DNA of 62,304 bases from an uncultured Alphaproteobacteria bacterium. Its GTDB lineage: Bacteria; Pseudomonadota; Alphaproteobacteria; JAPULJ01. This document shows, piece after piece, positions 11,221 through 21,332 of the stretch. The notes beneath the pieces are model-generated. The model searched no databases and was not told where the DNA came from. It saw only the letters and a program-made list of their open reading frames with translations. The DNA lies in contig CAZBRE010000005.1 in NCBI GenBank assembly GCA_964494065.1, forward strand, positions 1 through 62,304, given 5' to 3'. The first letter of the stretch is position 1, and every line of letters starts with the position of its first letter. The translations under genes were made by a program, and so were the position numbers.

Positions 11221-11813
11221 TCCTTCCCCAATTGGCGGGCAACGTAACGCGCAAGCACGTCGACTTCCAGATTGACCGGATCGCCTGTTTTCAGATCGCC
11301 GAACGTCGTACAGTCCTGGGTATGGCGGATCACGTTGATGGAAAAGCAATCGCCGTCGACGTCGTTAACGGTGAGAGACACGCCCTCCAGCGCAATCGAG
11401 CCCTTTGGGGCAATATAGGGACGGTAGTCAGACGGGACCCGCACATCGAAGCGAACGCTGGCCCGTTCATTAACCATCGAGGCAATCTCGGCCACGCAGT
11501 CGATATGGCCTGTGACGATGTGGCCTCCCATCTCATCGCCCAGCCGCAGCGATCGCTCGAGATTGACCTTCGTGCCCTCACGCCAGCGGCCGAGGCTGGT
11601 GCGGCGGAGCGTCTCGCCCGAGGCTTCCACGGCGAACCAGCCCTCGCCCTTCTCCACCACCGTCAGGCACGGACCGGAACATGCGATCGACGCGCCGATA
11701 TCCACTGTGGCGGTGTCGAAGGCCGTTGATATCTCAAACCGCGTATCGGTGTCGGCGGTGCCTGCCGACACCGCTCTGATGCGGCCGAGGTCGGTGATGA
11801 TTCCCGTGAACAT
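11217..11813 (-). CDS. ribE: Riboflavin synthase (alpha chain)
   Basis: N-terminal MFTGII; GGHIVTGHID; VNLEVD. Confidence 0.96.
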   Translation of the reverse strand: MFTGIITDLGRIRAVSAGTADTDTRFEISTAFDTATVDIGASIACSGPCLTVVEKGEGWFAVEASGETLRRTSLGRWREGTKVNLERSLRLGDEMGGHIVTGHIDCVAEIASMVNERASVRFDVRVPSDYRPYIAPKGSIALEGVSLTVNDVDGDCFSINVIRHTQDCTTFGDLKTGDPVNLEVDVLARYVARQLGKE

Positions 11814-11822
11814 GTGACTAGG

Positions 11823-12947
11823 CTAGGTCGGCCGCCGGTAGGTTTCCAGTACGTCCGGCCCGACACGCGCCAGCGCCGAGCGCACGAACACGGGGGCATC
11901 GGCAACTTTGTCGACCCCAAACGCCCCGATCGATGGCAGGCCATCGCCGCCGAACATCGAGGGCGCGCGAAACCAGGCTATTCGATCGACCACCCCCGAT
12001 CGCATAAGCGAACCGGCAAGCGCGCCGCCGCCTTCGCAGAGCAGTCGGGACACGCCCATCCCTGCCAGCGCCTCGAGAGCGGCCGGGATACCGACCCTTC
12101 CGTCGTCTCCGGCTTCGACCTCGAGCATCTCGACGCCCGCAGCCGTGAGCTTTCGCCGACGCGCGGCATCGCCGCCGGATAGCGTCAGAACGATCGTCCG
12201 TGTCTCCCGCGCGCTCTTCACCATCAGGCATTTAGCAGGCATACGCAGTTTGCTGTCGAAGACAACGCGGAGGGGCGAATGCGCGGTCATCCCGGGCAGG
12301 CGGCAGGTCAACTCAGGATCATCCGCCAGCACGGTGCCGATACCGACCGCCACGGCATCGTTCGCCGCACGCAGGCGGTGCGCGAAATGGCGCGCGGGCG
12401 CGCTCGTGATCCACTGGCTGTCCCCCGCAGCGGTGGCAATGCGGCCATCCAGCGTCGTGGCCATCTTCAGAGTGACCAGCGGACGGGATTGCTTGATCCG
12501 AGCAAAAAAACCGGCGTTCAGTTCATGGGCGGCATCCGCAAGGACGTTCATGGATACAGCAACACCCGCATCCTGAAGCACCTTGATGCCCTGCCCCGAC
12601 ACACGTGGATCAGGGTCCTCAATCGCGATCACCGCGCGCGCGATCTGCGCCTCGACCAAGGCCTCGGCACAGGGTGGCGTCCGGCCGTGATGACTGCATG
12701 GCTCCAGCGTCACATAAGCCGTGGCGCCATTGGCGGATCCGCCGGCACGCTTCAGGGCTTCGGTTTCCGCGTGCGGCCGCCCCCCGCTCGCCGTCCAGCC
12801 ACGGCCGACGATCGCGGGACGGTCGCTGTCGTGCCGGACCAGAACACAGCCGACAGCGGGGTTCGGCCAAGTCGAGCCCAGCGACCGGCGGGCGAGACCC
12901 AGCGCGACCGCCATGAATCGCTCGTCATGATTATTCGACGACGACAC
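11823..12947 (-). CDS. ribD: Bifunctional riboflavin deaminase/reductase
   Basis: [32 protein letters not shown]; GTG start at 12947 inferred. Confidence 0.95.
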   Translation of the reverse strand: MSSSNNHDERFMAVALGLARRSLGSTWPNPAVGCVLVRHDSDRPAIVGRGWTASGGRPHAETEALKRAGGSANGATAYVTLEPCSHHGRTPPCAEALVEAQIARAVIAIEDPDPRVSGQGIKVLQDAGVAVSMNVLADAAHELNAGFFARIKQSRPLVTLKMATTLDGRIATAAGDSQWITSAPARHFAHRLRAANDAVAVGIGTVLADDPELTCRLPGMTAHSPLRVVFDSKLRMPAKCLMVKSARETRTIVLTLSGGDAARRRKLTAAGVEMLEVEAGDDGRVGIPAALEALAGMGVSRLLCEGGGALAGSLMRSGVVDRIAWFRAPSMFGGDGLPSIGAFGVDKVADAPVFVRSALARVGPDVLETYRRPT

Positions 12948-13392
12948 CGTCCATACTGTCGATGAACTCCTCGAAGTCCTTGGCTTCGCGGAAGTTCTTG
13001 TAGACTGATGCGAACCGGACGTAGCCAACCTGGTCCAGCTCCTTCAGCGAGTCCATGACGATCTCGCCGATTACTTTCGTCGGGATCTCACTTTCGCCCA
13101 TGCTTTCAAGCCGCCGCACGATCGAGTTGACCACCTGATCGACGCGCTCCGGGTCGACCGGACGCTTACGCAAGGCGATGCTCATCGAGCGCAGGATCTT
13201 GTCGCGGTCGAAGGGCGAGCGCTGCCCATTGTGCTTTACGACGGTAAGCTCACGCAGCTGAACCCGCTCGAATGTCGTCCATCGAGCCCCGCAATTCGGG
13301 CAGAAGCGGCGCCGGCGGATGGCAGTATTATCCTCGGTCGGACGTGAATCCTTAACTTGCGTATCGTTGTGGCCACAAAACGGGCAACGCAT
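12931..13392 (-). CDS. nrdR: Transcriptional repressor NrdR
   Basis: MRCPFCGH...DSR...[10 protein letters not shown] zinc ribbon, ATP cone, YVRFASVY. Confidence 0.97.
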   Translation of the reverse strand: MRCPFCGHNDTQVKDSRPTEDNTAIRRRRFCPNCGARWTTFERVQLRELTVVKHNGQRSPFDRDKILRSMSIALRKRPVDPERVDQVVNSIVRRLESMGESEIPTKVIGEIVMDSLKELDQVGYVRFASVYKNFREAKDFEEFIDSMDGVVVE

Positions 13393-13413
13393 GGGCGCCT
13401 TCCTTCGGGATCC

Positions 13414-14724
13414 TTAGAACCCGTTATAGATCGGGAATCGGCGGCACAAATCCTCCACCTTTTTCCGCGCCGCGGTCTCCGCCGCGCGATTGTCTTCGGG
13501 ATTGGCGGCGAGGCCATCCAGCACGTCGCCGATCATCTGGCCAATCTGCTGGAATTCAGCGACGCCGAAGCCCCGGGTGGTCCCCGCTGGTGTGCCAAGC
13601 CGCACGCCCGAGGTCACCGTCGGCTTTTCCGGGTCAAAGGGAATTGCATTCTTGTTGCAGGTCATCCCGGCCCGCTCGAGGCTCTCCTCCGCGGCCCGGC
13701 CCGTCAGCCCCTTGGGACGCAGGTCGACGAGCATCAAATGTGTATCGGTCCCGCCGGCGACGATATCGCAGCCGGCATTGTTTAGCTCGGCGGCAAGGAC
13801 CCGCGCGTTCTCCACGATCGATTGCGAATAGGCGCGAAACTCAGGCCGCAAGGCTTCGGCAAATGCTACGGCCTTTGCCGCAATCACGTGCATCAGCGGC
13901 CCACCTTGCAGACCCGGGAAGACGGCCGAGTTGATCTTTTTCGCCAGCGCCTCGTCGTTCGTCAGGATCATGCCACCACGCGGGCCGCGCAGCGTCTTGT
14001 GCGTGGTGGTCGTTACGACATGTGCGTGGGGTATAGGGCTCGGATGCACACCAGCGGCAACCAGCCCGGCGAAATGCGCCATATCGACAACGAAATAGGC
14101 GCCGACGCTATCGGCAATCTCGCGGAACCTTGGGAAATCGATCTCGCGGGGATAGGCCGATCCGCCCGTCACGATCACCTTCGGCTTATGCTCCTTGGCG
14201 AGCCGCTCGACCTCGTCGAAATCGATCAGCGCATCTTCGGCGCGCACGCCGTACTGAACCGCGTGGAACCATTTGCCCGACTGGCTCGGCGCCGCCCCGT
14301 GGGTCAGATGGCCACCCGCGGCAAGCGACAGTCCCATCAGGACATCGCCAGGCTGCATCAAGGCCAAGTAAACCGCGCCGTTGGCCTGCGCGCCGGAATG
14401 CGGCTGAACGTTTGCAAACCCGCAATCGAAAAGCGTCTTGGCACGCTCGATCGCGAGTGTCTCTGCAACGTCGACATACTCGCACCCGCCGTAGTACCGG
14501 CGACCCGGCAAGCCTTCGGCATACTTGTTCGTCAGGACCGAACCCTGCGCTTCGAGCACCGCCTTGGAGACGACATTCTCCGAGGCGATCAATTCGATCT
14601 GATCCTGCTGGCGTCGCAGCTCGCCCCGCACGGCCTCGGCGATTTCGGGGTCGACCTCAGCGAGGCCGGCCGTAAAGAACACGTCCGACTGGGATATGTC
14701 TGCTGCGGATTTCACTGTCGTCAT
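13414..14724 (-). CDS. glyA: Serine hydroxymethyltransferase
   Basis: [34 protein letters not shown] (PLP Lys); start ATG 14724. Confidence 0.98.
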   Translation of the reverse strand: MTTVKSAADISQSDVFFTAGLAEVDPEIAEAVRGELRRQQDQIELIASENVVSKAVLEAQGSVLTNKYAEGLPGRRYYGGCEYVDVAETLAIERAKTLFDCGFANVQPHSGAQANGAVYLALMQPGDVLMGLSLAAGGHLTHGAAPSQSGKWFHAVQYGVRAEDALIDFDEVERLAKEHKPKVIVTGGSAYPREIDFPRFREIADSVGAYFVVDMAHFAGLVAAGVHPSPIPHAHVVTTTTHKTLRGPRGGMILTNDEALAKKINSAVFPGLQGGPLMHVIAAKAVAFAEALRPEFRAYSQSIVENARVLAAELNNAGCDIVAGGTDTHLMLVDLRPKGLTGRAAEESLERAGMTCNKNAIPFDPEKPTVTSGVRLGTPAGTTRGFGVAEFQQIGQMIGDVLDGLAANPEDNRAAETAARKKVEDLCRRFPIYNGF

Positions 14725-14764
14725 ACTTTTTGGCTTTCTTCCTCGATTGCAGGGCAATTGCCCG

Positions 14765-15208
14765 TCACGACATTTTGTCGACCCGACGCTGGTGTCGGCC
14801 GCCTTCGAACGGCGTATTCAGAAACGTCCGCAGACAATCCCGCGCCGTTTCCGTTCCGATCAGCCGCGCGCCCATGGCCAGGACATTCGCGTCATTGTGT
14901 TCGCGTGCCAGCTTTGCCGAGAGCGTGTCATGACACAGCGCCGCGCGGACGTGCCGATGACGGTTGGCGGCCATGCTGATGCCGATCCCACTGCCGCAGA
15001 TCGCGACGCCACGCGACACCCGTTGGCCGTCGATCGCGTCTGCAAGCGCGTCGGCAATGTCCGGATAGTCAACACTCTGCTCGTCTTGAGTCCCCAAATC
15101 GAGAACCTCGAAACCCAGCGCCGCGAGATCCTCCTTTAGGATCGACTTCAGGTCGACGCCCGCATGATCGGACGCTATGGCAATCGTCTCGGGCGGCATC
15201 GGACCCAA
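14765..15208 (-). CDS. rpiB: Ribose-5-phosphate isomerase B
   Basis: [30 protein letters not shown]. Confidence 0.96.
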   Translation of the reverse strand: MGPMPPETIAIASDHAGVDLKSILKEDLAALGFEVLDLGTQDEQSVDYPDIADALADAIDGQRVSRGVAICGSGIGISMAANRHRHVRAALCHDTLSAKLAREHNDANVLAMGARLIGTETARDCLRTFLNTPFEGGRHQRRVDKMS

Positions 15209-15660
15209 TCAGCTGCTGTCGGCCGTGCACCGCACCATATCTCGCAGCGACAACCGGTTATCCCACTAGGTATCGATATAAGGTGACTGACCGGGGCCTG
15301 GCAAGTCAATCTCAGCTTACAGAGTTAACCGGCAGCCCACGGGGCCAAGCCAAATCGCTCGGTCGCTCGTGAGCCGGCCCCGATCGCTTACCCGCGATTA
15401 CCTCGGAACCAGCCAGTGTCCAGTGATTGCTCATTGATTCAGTGGGTATTCATTTGGTCGCGCCACAACCGACACTGGTCTAATGGAATCACGCGACAAA
15501 AACGGCAAGTCAACCGAGACGCCCTGTTAACCAATTATATTTGTCTACTGAATCCAGCAAGAAATGAATATTCGTACTCTTACCTAATTGATTGACTCTG
15601 CTTTGAGCATGTGCCAAATATTCGACAAAATGATAATTCCCAAAAAGAACGGGGTAAGGG

Positions 15661-16098
15661 ATGAGTGAGGAAAATCAGCCGCAGCTTTCCGAAGAAGACA
15701 TGCTTCGGATGACCACTGAAGTGGTTTCCGCTTATGTCGGCAATAACATGTTGCCGGCGGCGCAAATACCGGACGTAATTAAGACCGTTTATGGCTCCCT
15801 ACGGGAATTGGGTGCAGTCGGCTCGGCTGCCGACAAGGAAGCGCCCAAGCCTGCGGTGCCTGTCAGGCGTTCGGTCACACCCGATTACATCGTGTGCTTG
15901 GAAGATGGCAAGAAGCTCAAGATGCTGAAGCGCCATCTTCGGACGACCTACAACATGACGCCCGACGAATACCGCTCGAAATGGGGTCTGGCGCCTGATT
16001 ATCCGATGGTCGCTCCGAATTACGCCAAGCAACGATCGGAATTTGCCAAGCGTATCGGGCTGGGTCGCAAGGGTCAGAGTTCCCGCGCGTCGGCCTAG
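15661..16098 (+). CDS. mucR: MucR/Ros-family zinc-finger regulator
   Basis: PAVPVRRSVTPDYIVCLEDGKKLKMLKRHL...YPMVAPNY. Confidence 0.95.
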   Translation: MSEENQPQLSEEDMLRMTTEVVSAYVGNNMLPAAQIPDVIKTVYGSLRELGAVGSAADKEAPKPAVPVRRSVTPDYIVCLEDGKKLKMLKRHLRTTYNMTPDEYRSKWGLAPDYPMVAPNYAKQRSEFAKRIGLGRKGQSSRASA

Positions 16099-16335
16099 TT
16101 GGGCAGATCGTGCCTATGGCCGTACTACCGGTGGTTGTATTGCGCGTAGTAGGTGTGATTGGTCGGCCGTTGCGACGACCGGATGCATTATGTATTCGTT
16201 CCCGGCGCTAGGCGCGTGGCTCCAAGACGCGACAGCCCGGCCAAAATCAATTGTGGCCTGACCGATATCGAATAGGACGGCCCGGCAGATCAAACCGGGC
16301 CGTTTCCAATTTCCGACGTAAATGACAGATCCGCT

Positions 16336-17448
16336 CTACTGCTCCAAATACCGGCCGTCTTTCCAAATGTACCAGGAATATTCGGGGCTTTTCACATCCC
16401 CCTTACTGTCAAACGACAGCTTGCCGATCACGGTTTCATAGGCCGACGCACGGATCGTTTTCGAGAGTATTGACGTTTCCAGGGATTTCGCGCGTCTTGC
16501 CGCCTCGGCCCAGACCTGAATAGCCGCGTAGGCGTATAGCGTATAGCCCTTCGGGTCGTAACGTTCTTTCACGAACCGCGCCACCACCGCCTTGGCGCTG
16601 GCGTTCTTGCGCTGATCGGGCAGATATGTCATCCGCGCGCCCTCCCCCGCCTGCCCGGATATCTTCCAGAATTCCTGGTTGACCAAAACGTCGCCCGCAA
16701 TGAGCTTCGGCTTGAAGCCTTGCTCATGCGCCTGGCGGATCATCGCCCCGGCATCGGCAAAATGGCCACCTATGAAGACGGCGGAGACGCCCGCCGTCTT
16801 CATCTTGGAAATGAGGGCCGCGAATGATTTTTGGCCGGCGGCATAGGCCTCAAACATCGCTTCATGAGCGCCCGCGGCACGCATGCTATTTCGGGTGGCG
16901 TCGGCAAGATCTTTACCGTAGGCCGATCTGTCATGGATGATCGCGACCTTCTGCCCTTTGTATTCCGTTGCCAGAAACTTCCCCGCGACAACGCCTTGCG
17001 CATCGTCGCGACCGCTCACGCGGAATATGTTTTTCCAGCCTTTTCTGGACGCGGCGTCGGTCAGCATCGGATTCGTCGAGACCGGCGATATCATCACAAT
17101 GCCCCGCTTGGCATAGATCGCAGACGCGCCAATCGAGGCGGCCGAACACAGATGGCCGGCAACAAATTTGACCTTCTTGTCAGCCATCTCTCTCGCCACT
17201 TCTTCGGCCTTCTTCGGCTCACACGCATCATCGCCGATAAGCAACGAAACCTTTTGGCCCAACACGCCACCTTGCGCGTTGATGTCTCTAACGGCCATTT
17301 CGGCGCCGCGTTTGACCTGCTCCCCAAGGAGCGCAAACCGTCCGGTTATTGGCCCGACGACGGCGATCGCGATGTCGGCCCGTGCCGTGCCGCAGATGAG
17401 CGGAGTGACCGCAATTCCGACGGCGAGAAGTCGATGCGCATACGCCAT
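16336..17448 (-). CDS. Branched-chain amino acid ABC transporter substrate-binding protein (LivJ/LivK family), copy 1
   Basis: Signal peptide; GPITG...INAQGGVLG...DDACEPK...GHLCS. Confidence 0.9.
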   Translation of the reverse strand: MAYAHRLLAVGIAVTPLICGTARADIAIAVVGPITGRFALLGEQVKRGAEMAVRDINAQGGVLGQKVSLLIGDDACEPKKAEEVAREMADKKVKFVAGHLCSAASIGASAIYAKRGIVMISPVSTNPMLTDAASRKGWKNIFRVSGRDDAQGVVAGKFLATEYKGQKVAIIHDRSAYGKDLADATRNSMRAAGAHEAMFEAYAAGQKSFAALISKMKTAGVSAVFIGGHFADAGAMIRQAHEQGFKPKLIAGDVLVNQEFWKISGQAGEGARMTYLPDQRKNASAKAVVARFVKERYDPKGYTLYAYAAIQVWAEAARRAKSLETSILSKTIRASAYETVIGKLSFDSKGDVKSPEYSWYIWKDGRYLEQ

Positions 17449-17625
17449 GACAGATCGTCCTGCGTTCGCAGACTGGCCGCAATGATCATACGGTCAATCT
17501 GAACGGCCAAACAAGGTGATCAGGACACGACCTATTGCCGCGCGACACTCTTTTCCGATCGGGCGTACTCAATATTACGTGAGGGGCAATATTATGTGGG
17601 GCGCGACGGCGAAATTGACCGCAGC

Positions 17626-18768
17626 TCAGCGCGGCACGTACCGGCCATTCTTCCAGACATACCAGACGTATTGTGTGCCACGTACGTCGCCTTTGTTATC
17701 GAACTGCAGGAGCCCGATTATCGTTTGGTGCCGCCCGGCACGAAGGCTCTGCGATACATTTGCGGCCCGCGATGACTTCGCCGAGCGCGCGGCCGCGGCC
17801 CAGACCTCAATGGCCGCATAGGTGTAAATCCCGTAGAAACCAAGCGCCTTCTTGTTTTTCGTCGCCGCTTGAATTGCCGCCTTGGCTTCGGGCTTGGTGC
17901 GGGGATCGACATGGAACGTCACGAGCGTCCCCTCACCCGCCTTCCCGGTCATCTTCCAGAACTCATCGGTGACAAACGCGTCGCCAGTGACGAATTGCGG
18001 CTCGAAGGCCCGTTCATGGGCCTGGCGGATGATCGCGGCCCCTTCGGGAAAATAGCCGCCCAGAAATACGGCGTCGATCTTGGCTAATTTCAGACGCTCG
18101 ACAATGTGTGCGAAGCTCGTTTGATCGGGCTTATAGGCCAGGAAGATCGCCTCCCTCAGACCCAGTTTGCGAACCGATCGCCGGACCTGCTTGGCGAGTC
18201 CCAGGCCGTACTGGCTCTGGTCATGCAGGATGGCGATCTTTTTTCCGCGATATCGGCTCGCCAACAGCTGCGCCACCATCACGCCCTGATCGTCGTCTCG
18301 GCCGCAAACCCGAAACACGTTGCGCCATCCGCTACGTCGCGCCGTATCGGTCAATTGCGGATGGGTGGAGCCTGGCGAAATCATGATGATGTTCGCTTTT
18401 GCGTATATCGCCGCGGCAGGCATCGATGCACGCGAACACAAATGACCGGCAACCATGGTGACTTTCTTCGACACGAACGCTTTCGCAACCGTCACCGCCT
18501 GGACCTGGTCGCAGCCATCGTCGCCGACGATCAGAGTGAGCTTTCGGCCGTTCACCCCGCCGGTCTTGTTGATTTCGGCGACGGCTAGCTCGGCGCCGGT
18601 GCGCATTTGGTCTCCGAGCTCCTTGAACTGTCCGCTCATCGGACCGGCAACGGCTATGGTCACATCCTTCGCCGCCGCGGACCCTGCGACCATCATGCTC
18701 TGCAAAAAAATCGCCAGAATCCGCCGTGTTTCGGGCATTAGCCACCTAGCAAATCTCAGAGGTCTCAC
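17626..18768 (-). CDS. Branched-chain amino acid ABC transporter substrate-binding protein (LivJ/LivK family), copy 2
   Basis: GPMSG...INKTGGVNG...DDGCD...GHLCS; start may be ATG 18738. Confidence 0.9.
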   Translation of the reverse strand: MRPLRFARWLMPETRRILAIFLQSMMVAGSAAAKDVTIAVAGPMSGQFKELGDQMRTGAELAVAEINKTGGVNGRKLTLIVGDDGCDQVQAVTVAKAFVSKKVTMVAGHLCSRASMPAAAIYAKANIIMISPGSTHPQLTDTARRSGWRNVFRVCGRDDDQGVMVAQLLASRYRGKKIAILHDQSQYGLGLAKQVRRSVRKLGLREAIFLAYKPDQTSFAHIVERLKLAKIDAVFLGGYFPEGAAIIRQAHERAFEPQFVTGDAFVTDEFWKMTGKAGEGTLVTFHVDPRTKPEAKAAIQAATKNKKALGFYGIYTYAAIEVWAAAARSAKSSRAANVSQSLRAGRHQTIIGLLQFDNKGDVRGTQYVWYVWKNGRYVPR

Positions 18769-18866
18769 GAAAAGCGCTCAGCCGGATCATAGGCCGCGAC
18801 TGATCGGCCGCACAAGATCGCGTCGCCTGGCGTGTGGGGCATAGATCCATCTAGGTCCAACCCGAC

Positions 18867-19058
18867 CTAGGTGGAGGCGCCTTTCTTGGCCAGCACGTAT
18901 TCGAGCTTCTGGATCGCGGTCCGCTTCAGCGCTTCCATCCCGGCCGATGCAGAACCCACGATCGATACTTCGATCAGCGTCTCAGGATCGACCGCGGCCA
19001 CGCGAACGGAATTGCCGACCTGCTGGTATTCCAGGATAACTTCGCGTTTGTCGACCAA
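18867..19058 (-). CDS. Small conserved protein (DUF6898-like)
   Basis: REVILEYQQVGNSVRVAAVDPETLIEVSIVG...ALKRTAIQKLEYVL; TTG start at 19058 preceded by GGTGAG. Confidence 0.7.
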   Translation of the reverse strand: MVDKREVILEYQQVGNSVRVAAVDPETLIEVSIVGSASAGMEALKRTAIQKLEYVLAKKGAST

Positions 19059-19286
19059 GTTCTCACCATCGCGCTCGCCCGGTGCCGGGCAAGACGTTAA
19101 ACTGCCGGCAAGGCGTGTTTGCCCGAGGCCGTAGGTGCTCAAGGCTATAAGTGTATGGTTAACGAAGGCTTTTCGCGCGCTGATGCGACATCTTGGGGCT
19201 TTCGGCACAGGACCGAACGCATTAGATGAGTGAGCCGGCGGCAAACATGGGTAGACCAGAAGCCGCCAGAGACTAGGGAGCATGTC

Positions 19287-20528
19287 ATGTCGCCAGCGGA
19301 AGCTGCAGCCAAAGAGCCGACCACCCAGACTGGGGCCAAGCCCCACAAGATGGCTCCTTTCCAGTGGGAAGATCCGCTGCTGCTCGACGAGCAGCTAAGT
19401 GAGGAAGAGCGGCTCGTGCGCGACGCGGCGCACGACTACTGCCAAGACAAGCTGATGCCGCGGGTGCTCGAAGCCAATCGGCACGAGCGCTTCGATCGCG
19501 AGATCATGAACGAGCTCGGCGAGCTCGGCTTCCTCGGCTCGACCATCCCCGAGGCTTATGGCGGCGCCGGGGCCAGCTACGTCGTCTACGGCCTGGTGGC
19601 CCGCGAGGTCGAGCGCGTCGATTCGGGCTACCGCTCGGCGATGAGCGTCCAATCGAGCCTGGTCATGCATCCGATCAACGCTTACGGCAGCGAAGAACAG
19701 CGCCGGAAATATCTGCCGAAGCTCGCCACCGGCGAATGGGTCGGCTGCTTCGGGCTCACCGAACCGGATCACGGCTCCGACCCCGGCAGCATGAAGACCC
19801 GTGCCAGAACCGTCGATGGCGGCTACCAGCTGACCGGCGCAAAGATGTGGATCACCAATGCCCCCATCGCCGACGTTTTCGTCGTCTGGGCGAAGAACGA
19901 CGATGGCGTCATTCGAGGCTTTATCCTCGAAAAGGGCATGGAAGGGCTATCCGCCCCGAAGATCGAGGGCAAGTTCAGCCTGCGCGCGTCGATCACCGGC
20001 GAAATCGCCATGGACGAGGTCTTCGTGCCGGAGGAGAACCTGCTGCCCAACGTCCAAGGACTCTCCGGGCCATTCGGATGCCTCAACAGGGCGCGTTATG
20101 GCATTTCCTGGGGCGCACTGGGTGCGGCCGAGTTCTGCTGGCACGCAGCGCGGCAATACACGCTCGACCGCAAGCAGTTCGGGCGGCCACTGGCGGCGAA
20201 CCAGCTGATCCAAAAGAAGCTCGCCGACATGCAGACCGAGATCACCCTTGGACTACACGCGTGCCTGCGTCTCGGCCGACTCTTCGACGAGGGCAAAGCG
20301 TCAGCCGAAGCCATCTCGATGCTGAAGCGAAATTCCTGCGGCAAGTCGCTCGATATCGCGCGCCTGGCCCGCGACATGCACGGCGGCAACGGTATCGCTG
20401 ACGAGTATCATGTCATCCGTCACGTGATGAATCTGGAGACCGTGAATACGTATGAAGGAACGCACGACATTCACGCGCTCATCCTGGGACGGGCGCAGAC
20501 GGGTCTCCAAGCCTTTACCGGTGCATAA
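19287..20528 (+). CDS. gcdH: Glutaryl-CoA dehydrogenase
   Basis: [49 protein letters not shown]; GGGAG before ATG 19287. Confidence 0.9.
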   Translation: MSPAEAAAKEPTTQTGAKPHKMAPFQWEDPLLLDEQLSEEERLVRDAAHDYCQDKLMPRVLEANRHERFDREIMNELGELGFLGSTIPEAYGGAGASYVVYGLVAREVERVDSGYRSAMSVQSSLVMHPINAYGSEEQRRKYLPKLATGEWVGCFGLTEPDHGSDPGSMKTRARTVDGGYQLTGAKMWITNAPIADVFVVWAKNDDGVIRGFILEKGMEGLSAPKIEGKFSLRASITGEIAMDEVFVPEENLLPNVQGLSGPFGCLNRARYGISWGALGAAEFCWHAARQYTLDRKQFGRPLAANQLIQKKLADMQTEITLGLHACLRLGRLFDEGKASAEAISMLKRNSCGKSLDIARLARDMHGGNGIADEYHVIRHVMNLETVNTYEGTHDIHALILGRAQTGLQAFTGA

Positions 20529-20556
20529 GGACCACGGTCGGTATCCGCGCTGACCT

Positions 20557-20588
20557 GATCCCGTGCTGGTCAGATCCCGTACTGGTCA
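20557..20588. repeat. Tandem 16-bp duplication (2 copies, 15/16 identical)
   Basis: GATCCCGTGCTGGTCA GATCCCGTACTGGTCA in the convergent gcdH/marR gap. Confidence 0.85.
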
Positions 20589-20591
20589 GAC

Positions 20592-21167
20592 TTAAGCAGG
20601 CGGCTGCGAGCCGTCCGATTGATCGTCGCACGAGCCACATATCTTCTTGATTTCTGTCTCGCTGAGCGGCTCGCCCGTTAGCCCGCAGCGAGGTGCAACG
20701 CCGTCATCGCAAACGTCGGAGCTGAAGTGGCCGCAATGCGTACAGACGCCGAACGATTTCATCCCGCATTGCCCCTGAAGCGACCGGACATACCCTGAAA
20801 GAATACGCGTGGCAGCCGCCACCTCATCCGGCGCGCCCATGGTGGCTGCGGACAGAGCGATCAGCGGATCATTGGCAAGCATTGCGTGCCCGGCCTCGCT
20901 CAATTCCAGCCGGACGATGCGGCGGTCCTTTACTTCGACATCCCGCCTGATAAGCCCCTTTTCCTCCAGCGCCTTTACGGTCTGCGAGACCGTGCCCTTC
21001 GTTGTGCCCAAATAGTCCGCCAGCGCGCTCGGCTTCCGCGAGTACCGGTTGGCCCGGCTCAAGAATCGGAGCGCCTCCCACTGCGCCGGATTGAGCCCTC
21101 CGGCAAACTGCAGATTATGGACAGCCCGGCCAAGGCGATCGAGTAAATGGGCGAGGGTCTCTGTCAT
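20592..21167 (-). CDS. MarR-family regulator with a Cys-rich C-terminal extension
   Basis: LNPAQWEALRFL...TKGTVSQTVKALEEKGLI...DRR wHTH; tail FGVCTHC...C...RCGL...ICGSC; start ATG 21167. Confidence 0.88.
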   Translation of the reverse strand: MTETLAHLLDRLGRAVHNLQFAGGLNPAQWEALRFLSRANRYSRKPSALADYLGTTKGTVSQTVKALEEKGLIRRDVEVKDRRIVRLELSEAGHAMLANDPLIALSAATMGAPDEVAAATRILSGYVRSLQGQCGMKSFGVCTHCGHFSSDVCDDGVAPRCGLTGEPLSETEIKKICGSCDDQSDGSQPPA

Positions 21168-21195
21168 AGGCGGATCCGCTTTCTGCCGGCCCAAC

Positions 21196-21261
21196 TAATA
21201 TCGACTCGATATTAATATTGCACCCTTCGTCTATGGGCGATATAGTTTCGGCTCGACAGTA
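21196..21261. promoter_or_regulatory. Two MarR-type operators overlapping a sigma70-like promoter for the rpoH-like gene
   Basis: Perfect 9-1-9 palindrome TAATATCGA-C-TCGATATTA (21196-21214); 14/19 copy at 21243-21261; TTGCAC(21218-23)-N17-TATAGT(21241-46). Confidence 0.75.
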
Positions 21262-21332
21262 GTCAATGCAAGGAGCCGGGCCTGTATTCACCACCGTAAG
21301 GTTGGATATGGGACGCGGCAGTCGAGGTTACC

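Noticed and set aside
12948-13413. FMN riboswitch before the rib genes; cobalamin riboswitch before icmF (29791-30063)
   Set aside because: The rib genes directly follow nrdR with no leader, and no conserved riboswitch cores were recognisable in either region.
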